Origin: Octopus sinensis
Lineage: Eukaryota
Reading direction: 5' to 3'
DNA length: 64,000 nucleotides
Assembly (NCBI RefSeq): GCF_006345805.1
Contig: NC_042998.1
Location: 19,964,001 to 20,028,000, forward strand
Shown: piece after piece, positions 54,437 through 64,000 of the stretch
Numbering within the stretch: position 1 is the first letter of the stretch
Layout: each line of letters starts with the position of its first letter
Translations under genes and position numbers: made by a program
Notes under the pieces: model-generated
The model's input: only the letters and a program-made list of their open reading frames with translations
What the model was told of the DNA's origin: nothing
The model's database searches: none

Positions 54437-55989
54437 AGAAATACTAGGGCCATATGTAAACTCAAATCGTCTGACCTAGATTACAGCAATAACGACTTGT
54501 CAGTTTCTAAGACAAGCACAGTGTTGTTGCTATTTGAGGGCTGCTATTTCTAGCAGGTTGTGTAAATTAGCAGCTGCATTGCAGATTTTGTTATGCTTAG
54601 CGATATTATCTTTATTTCTTCTATTTCTTTCTATATCAGTTTAATTTCGTTCATTTATTATGCTTTATCGTTTTTAGATCTCAAGTGTGTTTGTTGATGT
54701 TGAATTGTTTTGATGCGATTGTTGTTGTTGTTGATAATGAGAATGTTGTGGATTAACCTTAGATGAAGACTGACAGCAGAGAACTACGATCAAATCCAAT
54801 CTAGCCATGAGTATTATAGTCTTTATTCCCTGGCAAAATATACCACCGAATACATTATTTAATGTATCCTTTTTGATTTTAAAAGAAAGAAAGAAATAAT
54901 AGAAAACACAGTTATTTTAGTTTCCTTCCATTTTATAGATAGTTTTGCTACTTTGCCATGGTCGATACTTATTTTTCTGTAGAATTGTAAAATAAGTCCC
55001 AGCCAAGCACGAGAGACAGTATTTCATTGAATATGCTCTTCAAGAAGATATCAGACATCCTATCAATGCAAGGAATCATTCGAATCTAAACAGTTTATGG
55101 TGGAAGATAACAGAAGCCATGGCATGCTGAGTAATATTTTAAAGAGTAGGTTATCATCTACAACTACCACTACCGTTGTTGTTTGTTTGTTTGTTTGTTT
55201 GTTGAGCGAAGCGGTCTTCGTCCCACTGTAGTGGGAGAAGTCCGAAACGTGGTCCTTTGCTATTCGTAAGACCCGCAGAAGAGAAAGCAGGTCTATCCCC
55301 GACACTGAGAGCATCGACGGATGGATGAATGCGCATCCAGGCTCAACGGTTGCGTAGGAGGTCGGGGACAAGAAACATGTAGAAAGAGTGAGAGAAAGTT
55401 GGAGCAAAAGAGTACAACAAGGGTCGCCACCACCTGTTTTTCGAGATCAGTGACGGAAGTTACTAGAAAAACCTATAAGTATTTGCAAACAAGTCTCCCT
55501 TTCATCGTAAACCGGTGACTGCCGTACGCTAAAGACAGGCAAAAACCTAGAAACTGCAGTCCGTGTGTGTCGCTTAGGTTTACAAGAGAGGGATGACCTT
55601 CCTTTGCTAATACCATAAGTGCACAGAAAGTGTGCCTAAAGCCAGCTGGAGACGATGATCTCCTGGGGCTAAAAGCTACAGTAACACCCAACCTTAGTGG
55701 TTAGCCATATTGAGATGGCTAGTATACTTTACGTTGTCGAGCAGTTACTGTTTACATTTCGTTCAGAGATTTATTATTGCTGTATATATATATATATATA
55801 TTATATATATATATATATATATAATATATATATATATATATTATATTTTGTAAAATTTGATTTGGTATTTCTAAATTGAATTTTTCCCTGTAAGTTTGGA
55901 ATAATATTCCCTCATATTATTATTATTATATTATATATATATATATTATATATATATATATATATATACATATATATAATTTGTAGTGG

Positions 55990-56335
55990 AGATATGTGAA
56001 GGCACAGAGCTCAGTGGTTACAACGTCCGGCTCACAATCATGAGGTAGTGAGTTCAATTCCAGGACTGGGCTGCGTGTTGTGTTCTTGAGCAAGATACTT
56101 TATTTCCCATTGCTCAAGTTCACTCTGCCGTAGAAATGAGTTGCGACGCCACTGGTGCCATGCTGCATTGACCTTTGCCTTTCCCTTGGATGACATCGGT
56201 GAGGCGGAAAGGAGAAGCTTGTATGCGCGGGCAACTGCTGGTCTTCCATAAACAACCTTGCCCGGACTTGTATCTCAGAGGATAACTTTCTAGGTGCAAT
56301 TTCATGGTCATTCATGACCGAAGGGAGCTTCTACC
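55990..56335 (+). mobile_element. tRNA-derived CORE-like SINE (separate family)
   Basis: CTCAGTGGTTA A box, GAGTTCAATTCC B box, TTCTTGAGCAAGATAC core-like block. Confidence 0.7.
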
Positions 56336-56575
56336 CTTAGAGCAGATGCCCAAGTATTGTAATCTCATTTATGATTTATGAATGGCACCACAATAGTCTA
56401 GTGCTGTAAACTAATAACGAAAAGAGATATGGGGAAATTATAGCACAGTACTTGGAATTGTTCTCAGTATTTCATACTGGATTTGAGGTTAAACTTACGT
56501 ACATTCAGATCAATTACACTAATGATTTAATGACGCCGAACCATTACAATTTTGCCTTTTGTACCTAATATACTA

Positions 56576-57845
56576 TTGGGTTGTCCGGAAAGTTCTTGCC
56601 GATTTATAGTAGATTACATTTCGACTTATGTTATAACATGGTTAAGTCCATAAAATAGGATTTGGCTACACCTACATTTAGAGCTCAGTTTAAGCTAGCT
56701 TTTCGTGGTAGAAGGTTTATGTTCCTATAACCTGTGTTAATTCTGTAACCCTTTAAAATGGAAGATAATAAAGTTCATTTTCAGCACTTGATGCTTTCTT
56801 GTTTCCGTAAAGGGAAAAATGCCTCACAAGCAACCAAAGAAATATGCGCAGTTTACAGTGATCTTCCTTTATCCGAAATAACTGTACGCAAGTGGTTCGC
56901 AAGATTCCGAGCTGGAGATTGTAGTCTTAATGACAAAGAGCGTTCAGGCAGACCATCCACTACAGATGATGACCAAATCAAGTAATTAATTGAGAATAAC
57001 CCACATTGCACAACCCCAGAACTGGCAGAAAACCTCAACCTATCAAAATCCGTCGTTCTGAGCACCTGGTAAATCTTGGTTACACAAATCGCTACGCTGT
57101 TTGGGCACCACATGAGCTGAGTGAGAATAACCTTTTGGATCGCATTTCCGTCTGTGATTCGCTTTATAAACGGAATGAAACGCGCCTTTTTTCTTTAAAG
57201 CAAATTGTGACAGGTGATGAGAAATGTATTATCTACGGAAATGTTCAGAGAAAATGATCCTGGAATAAGCGACAGGAGCCACCCCAAAAGTGGGTCTTCA
57301 CCCTAAGAAAGTCTTGCGGTGTGTCTGGTGGGATAGGAAAGGAATTCTGTACAGTGAGCTTCTCCCAAGTAACACCAGACAATTTATTCTGAGAAATACT
57401 GCACACAACTGGAAGAGCAATTCAAGACAAACGTCCAGAATTGGCCGACGGTAAGTGTGTTGTTAACCAACATGATGATGCAAGACCGTACGTTTCTTTG
57501 GGAACCAGACAAAAATTGCTGCAGCTTGGCTGGCATGTGTTACTCCACCCTCCATATTCACCAGATATTGCCCCTTCGGATTTCCACTTATTCAGGCCTC
57601 TGCAGAATAGTCTTAATGGTAAAAAATTTCAATTCATTGGATGACGTAAAATGATACCTGGGTGAATTCTTTGCCATGAAACCACCTCAAGTCTGTGAAG
57701 AGGGTATTTTCAAGTTAAAGGGAAAGATGGAGACGCATTGTGAAACAAACTGTTTCATATTTGGTTGATTAAAATTGTAATAGCAAGTATTTATTAACCT
57801 TTTTCTTTCCTTTAAAAATCGACACGAACTTTCCGGACAACCCAA
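56576..57845 (+). mobile_element. Full-length defective mariner transposon
   Basis: ~29-bp TIRs TTGGGTTGTCCGGAAAGTTC.. with TA at both ends. Disrupted transposase with WAPHEL, IVTGDEK, HDDARP and YSPDIAPSDFHLF. Confidence 0.96.
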
Positions 57846-58814
57846 TACAATATTACCTACTGTGTTCTGGACAATTTTAAAACTGCGGGATACGTTTTCA
57901 GTATCATTCGACTACTAATCCAGTATAACGAGCCAGCGTATGGGCTGTTCTCTCATTGGCTAGTGATAAATTTATTTTACATAATTCGATTACCTTGGAG
58001 AGCTGCTATTTGAAAATTTGCTAGGGTCGAATTTGTTTTGCATTTTCCATCGTAGCTCTATAAACCATAAATTCAAATGGCATGCATCTAATTCTATCGG
58101 CCCAAGAGGCTTCATTTTCTAGTTTATAAACATTTTATCATTGAAATACTGTGTTAATCTTTTCGTTAATCTCACAGGTCCCTAGCATCGATGTTATACT
58201 AACGCAGATTCTTTGTGCTTAAAATTAGTGATTTTCTCATCTTTTCATCATATATATCAATCTAACCATATAAAATTTTATTTTTAAGATTATCTTCTTC
58301 CTGGGTTTATGGTATATGTTTGTCTGAATCACATTACATTATCGGAAGTATTGACAGTATACACGGATGGATAAATATAACCATTCGTCAGTCCCCAACA
58401 CGGACTCAGAAATGTTTTCGTTCAACACGCTCCCTAATATCAACACAATGAATCTAACGAGCAAGAGTCCCGATTCGGTGAAATGTCTAATCCAGCAGGT
58501 AACAAGAGATTATACTCTTTGCAAAACAGAGATTCAGTTACTGTGATAATGATGATATGTTCTAAGAATCCAGAATGTTCAAGAGATAATCTTCCGCATC
58601 TCTCCACTTTGGTTTTCGAAAGTCACGTTCCAATAATTTCCACGACCACATGCCTTTGTAATTGCAGTCGGAGACGGGATTGTTCGCGACAACCAGGAAG
58701 AAACAGTATGTAGATCTCAACTAACAATATAACAAGGCTACAAAATAAAAGGCTTTGTAAGAAAGAAATTCGTAACTACTACTACTAATACTACTACTAC
58801 TACTACCACTTTTT

Positions 58815-59372
58815 TTTATTTATGCGCCCTTTTCAAACCTAGCCAGGCTCATGGGCCCGGTTTTCCGGTTTCTGTGGCGTATGTGTCCCCCTCCCCAGCT
58901 GGACGGGACGCCAGTCCATCGCAGAGTTACTCAAGAAACAGGAAGAGAGAGTGAGAGAAAGTTGGGGTGAAAGAGTACAACAGGGGTCACCAACACCCCC
59001 TGCCGGAGCCTCGTAGACCTTTAGGTGTTTTCGCTTAATAAACACACACAACGCCCGGTCTGGGAATCGAAACCGCGAATCCGCTGCCCTAATAACTGGG
59101 CCATTGAGCCCCCACTAAAAACAAATGCGCCCTTTTAAAACCTAGCTAGGCTCATGAGCCCAGTTTCTCGGTTTCACTATCGTATGTGTTCCCCAGCTGG
59201 ATGGGACGCTAGTCTATCGCAGCGTTACTCATTTTTGTCAGCTGACTGGACTGGAGCAACGTGGAATGAAGTGTTTTGCTCAAGAATACAACGCGTCGCC
59301 CGGTCCAGGAATCGAAACCACAATCTTACGACCGTGATGCTGACACCCTAACCACTAAGAGAAGCGCCTCCA
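58815..59372 (-). mobile_element. Two adjacent family C-related tRNA-SINEs (58815-59113 and ~59125-59372)
   Basis: Both share the + strand tail GCGCCCTTTT..AACCTAGC.AGGCTCATG and tRNA-like heads (GAATCGAAACC). Confidence 0.8.
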
Positions 59373-59486
59373 CTACTACCACTACTAAATTCAAAAGCTT
59401 CTACTAGGTCGCTCAACAGCTAGAAATAACTGTAAAACCTTCTTCAAATCTCATTGTATCATTAGAAAACACAGAAAGTATACATA

Positions 59487-59888
59487 GGCGTAGGAGTGGC
59501 TGTGTGGTAAGTAGCTTGTCTACCAACCACATGGTTCCGGGTTCAGTCCCACTGCGTGGCACCTTGGGCAAGTGTCTTCTACTATAGCCTCGGGCCGACC
59601 AAAGCCTTGTGAGTGGATTTGGTAGACGGAAACTGAAAGAAGCCCGTCGTATATATGTATATATATATGCGTGTGTGTGTTTGTGTGTTTGTTTGTCCCC
59701 TAGCATTGCTTGACAACCGATGCTGGTGTGTTTATGTCCCGGTTACTTAGCGGTTCGGCAAGATAGATCGATAGAATAAGTACTGGTCTTACAAAAGAAT
59801 AGGTCCCGGTGTTGAGTTGCTCGATTAAAAGGCGGTGCTCCAGCATGGCCGCAGTCAAATGACTGAAACAAGTAAAAGAGTAAAAGAG
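59487..59888 (+). mobile_element. Best-preserved CORE-type SINE (family B)
   Basis: A box GTGGCTGTGTGG, B box GGTTCAGTCCC, CORE-like GGCACCTTGGGCAAGTG, (TA)/(TG) linker, (AAAAGAGT)n tail. Confidence 0.93.
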
Positions 59889-61116
59889 TATATGGTAATG
59901 TATTCCAAAACACGTCTAAAATGAGACGGAATGGTGTAGATGAAACGGCTTTGATCATGTGTCTCGTGGATCAAGTGTGACTGGGGTTAAACAAAAAACT
60001 ACTAATAATTACTACAACTACTATAACATCAACAACAACAACTACGACGAATAACGACTACCGCCTTCTTTATATATCAATCCCCACCATGTAACTTAAC
60101 TACAGCAATAACAAATAACTAAATATATAAATACTTAAACAGATCGATTAATCAAACAGCGGACTGTAATCAATCGATAGATCAGTATACAATGTTAGAG
60201 ATAAAACCAAAACAAAAATTTCACTTCAGTGGTTTCTTTGTTATTTGTTTGTTTGTAGGTGGTTTTTCTTGCTCTAGTGTATGTGTGTGTATATATGTAT
60301 ATGTATGTGTGTGTTTAGGTGTATTTAAACGTGTATGTGTGTAAGTGTGAGTGTTTTATCCACATTTGTTTTGTTTGTTTGTTTTTGTTTTTACTTTAGT
60401 TGTATGTATATTTTTTTCTTTTAATTTTTTTATAGTTTCTATTGTTTCGTTATTTTCTTTGTTCCACTGAGGCGTAAAACAGTACCACACAATGTATTGG
60501 TATCAGTCGAATAAGGATTAAATAAAGGTGAGGGGGATGAGGTAAGAAGAGAAGGAGGAAAACGAGGCAGAAGAGGTTGGAGAAGACGACGACGACGACG
60601 ACAACCAATAACCCACACAACCACCACCATCACCACCACCACCGCCATGACAGTAGCGATGTCGACGATGACGGTAATAAGACAATGCTTTAAATTAACA
60701 ATAGAAGAAAGAATTTTAAAATATGAAACGAAGACGTAGAAGATGACAATGAAAAAGATGAAAGATGATGATGACGATGATGACGATGATGATGATGATG
60801 ATGATGATGAGGATTATGATGATGGCGTCGACAAGGATTGGTGTTATTTTTTAGGATCATTATTGTGATGAAAAAGCAGCTCTATAAATACAAAGATGTG
60901 AAAGGTGTATAGCAGAGGAAAATAAAAAGTAAATGGCTTTTTAGGTGAAATTAAACTGAAAATAACGGAATGTGAGAATGCGTCAGAGAGAATGAGGTAG
61001 AAAAAAAGAAAAGAAGAAAGGAGAGATGATAATTATGAGACAGTGAAGAAAAAGAAGAATTCTATGATTAATGATTTAAGAATGATAATAAGTGGTTAAC
61101 CTATTAGGTATATTGA

Positions 61117-61278
61117 ACATTATTCTTATCAACATTATTCGTATCGACATTATTCTTATCGACATTATTCGTATCGACATTATTGTTATCAACATTATTC
61201 TTATCAACATTATTCTTATCATTATTCTTATCAACATTATTCTTATCGATATTATTCTAATCGACATTATTCTTATCG
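61117..61278. repeat. 15-bp minisatellite ACATTATTC(T/G)TATC(A/G), ~11 copies
   Basis: Direct reading. Confidence 0.95.
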
Positions 61279-62177
61279 CTGTAGCTAAATATGTTTCTAT
61301 CTCTATGTTTTTTCTTTGAATCCATAGTTCTCTTCCTAACTTAGAATGATGATATTTAATGCCTAACATTTTTCACTCTTGAACGACTTCGGTATAATGT
61401 AATTAATACATTAGCTAACACTTGTACTGACGAAAGACTATATAGAGAATATGCTGCCTACAGCAAGAGTGAGATGGCTCCTTATGATGCAAGTTGAATA
61501 ATACCTTTGTTATCAATTCGCCTGTTGTCTTAAACACTCGGCTTATAGGATCTATTCAATGAGGTCATTAATATTGGAAGGAAATCTTTCTATCCCCAAC
61601 ATCTAACACACATTTGGCAATTTTGATCAAACAGTGGGTCACAAAATTATGGACCCTCGTATTTATACATATTTATTTCAAGAGATTTAACTTTGACGCA
61701 ACAAAATAAACGTTTATTTCATCATCGCTTGTCGACAGCTCTACCTCACCTCATATTAAAGATCTGTAGCCACACAGTCCTTTAATATTTTGTTCAGGAC
61801 TCGTAGATTTATCAAGAACTCCTTTGTTCATTTCGTTCACTCTTTAAAAGAAAATATCTAGAATCGGTATGAAACTTGCCCAGTTCTCAAAACGTCTCAC
61901 GGACAAGTGCATGGTACAGCACCCAGAAAAATATTTACTTGAATAAACAGCTGCAACAGCTGTACCTAGTTGATGCCTATCATCGCGAAGCAAAAATATG
62001 ATTAGGAAGTTGTATGTTTGTTTTGGAGATTCATTCTAGCTCAGCCATACAACATGAAGAGCAATTCTGTTTTCTTGCTGGGCAAGCCCTTTCAAAATAG
62101 CATAATATTCGACTTACAGGTTTGCGATAAGTTTAGATTCATTGACAGTGCTATATGCTGATAATGTGCCAGCATGA

Positions 62178-62263
<86 letters not shown>

Positions 62264-62452
62264 AATTCTGCTGAAAGATTATTTGCCTTCGGTGCTGTAA
62301 GTTTTACACCGGCCATATCTTCTGAGTTTGAAGTCATTAATATCCTCAAACATGTACTCAATATAATGAAATCATCATAGTTTACATCAGTGTACCTAGT
62401 CCCCTTTCAGCATACATCTCTTCAGTCTGCTACTACGACAGCTCCTTTATAG

Positions 62453-62508
62453 GATCCAGTTAGCTCAAGACATCATCAGTAAGAAATGTGTCTTGAGCTA
62501 ACTTGATT
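62453..62508. ncRNA. Candidate pre-miRNA-like hairpin
   Basis: 15-bp perfect stem AGTTAGCTCAAGACA/TGTCTTGAGCTAACT, extendable to ~20 bp, with a 16-nt loop, in non-repetitive DNA. Confidence 0.3.
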
Positions 62509-63758
62509 AACGTAGGGTTGTTGGTGATGATGCTGACATAATTTGTTAGTTATGACAATAATATATCAGTTAATTTTAATAGATTTAGGCTGGAAGTCAA
62601 ATGTCGCGGGGTCGCGTTCAAATGCATCTCACAGCCAATTGTAGCGTTCTGTTTCATTAGCAATTCGTGTTCTTAAATACAAATGTAATTTCGAAGTAAA
62701 AACTTAAATAGTTTTCGAAATAGCTCTCAGTGTCAAATTAGAGTCTATGAACGTATGAAACTACAAATAAAAAGGAGAGACTGCAAGGGACATGGAAAAC
62801 TGAGAGAATGTAAAGTGTAAGAAAGAGAGGAAGAGAGATCGAAGAAAAAGAAGACAAAGAAAGTAAGAGGGGTGGAGGGGGAGGTGTGAGAAAGAAATAA
62901 GTGTTTGTACAAATCGTTGAGAAGTGGCAGCAAACAAGTGTAAATGATTCTAAAGAACAGATAGGTACTGAGAAAGAACTATAAATTTATAGCCTTGTGG
63001 TGTAAATAACTGAAGCAGACGAGACGGGGAAAAAGAAAGTGAAACTAAAAGGTGAACGAAGAGCTGTTAAAATCAGAATGGTGGATATAAAAAGAGACAG
63101 CAATAAAAAGTGAGATATGAAAGAAAAAGAAGATATCTCTCACACATAAAGGCACATACGCGCAGGCCAAAATACGCACACACACACACAGATACATATG
63201 ATGGGTTCTGTCGCTGGTTTTGACGTATGGCCGTCCATTTAATCGATATCGATCTATTGAACGGCCTACTCATTGCGTTAGGAAGTACTTGAGTATTTCT
63301 CACACACATGAACACTTAAAGTGTTGTTCGGCCATCGAGACGACGATGACGTGGAGGATCTGGTCATCTTGACGCTATCGGGCCCTGGGGATGCGCAGAG
63401 GACCTGGTTAGTTGAATATGAACACTTTTGTGTCTTTCATAATGTGAACAAAGAATACAAATGTCAGTGGAAGGTCTAAAAGTATTTTCCTTTCTGGCAT
63501 CCCTCCGTTATTAAGCTGCAGTCTCTCTTCAAATGCTTCTATCAGATATTCCTTTTGTGCGTGATGTTGAAGGCCTTCACTGAAGCTTCTAGGCTATTGT
63601 TTACGACTCATTCCGACTTATGGATGGAGGTGAAATTCAGCCCACTGGACTTTGCTGAAGTGCAGTTTCTTATTGTTGTTTGGCACGTAATCGACAAGTC
63701 TCCTCCCGCCAAATTTCAGGCCTTGAGTCTATAGTAGAACGATTATTGCTATTATTAA

Positions 63759-63966
63759 GGTGGCGAGCTGCCAGAATCGTTAGCGCGCCGGACGAAATGC
63801 TTAGCGGTATTTCACCTCTCACTAGTTTCTAAGTAAAACAATTCTGTTCGACTGTGCCTTTCATCTTTTTGAAGTTGATAAATTAATTACCAGTGAAACA
63901 CTGGGGATGATATAATCAACTGGTCCCCTCCCCAAAAATTTCAGGCCTTGTGCCTATAGTAGAAAG
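63759..63966 (+). mobile_element. Family A short-tail SINE, decayed
   Basis: GGTGGCGAGCTG head; tail AAAATTTCAGGCCTTGTGCCTATAGTAGAAAG. Confidence 0.85.
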
Positions 63967-64000
63967 TATCATTATTATTATTATTATTTCCTTTGCACAG

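Overview
AT-rich eukaryotic DNA dense in microsatellites and transposons. The SINE families and (TA)n/(CA)n load suggest a cephalopod, probably Octopus (inference, not database-checked). No intact host gene is recognisable, and most long ORFs in the track are translated microsatellites. Supported content: a TSD-flanked, 5'-truncated L1/Tx1-type LINE plus further fragments; two decayed mariners; MITEs; Helentron-like elements; at least three tRNA-derived SINE families in many copies; and several Penelope-like (PLE) remnants, one with a complete GIY-YIG domain. Two patterns stand out. (1) Minimal type-I hammerhead ribozyme motifs recur, lying in (TA)n-anchored foldback hairpins, PLE 3' ends and a tRNA-headed SINE carrying a hammerhead in its tail. 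(2) A SINE whose 3' tail matches the Tx1-type LINE 3' end forms head-to-tail arrays with a fixed junction. A pre-miRNA-like hairpin and weak plus-strand exon candidates are also noted. Coordinates were counted by hand and may be off by a few bases.
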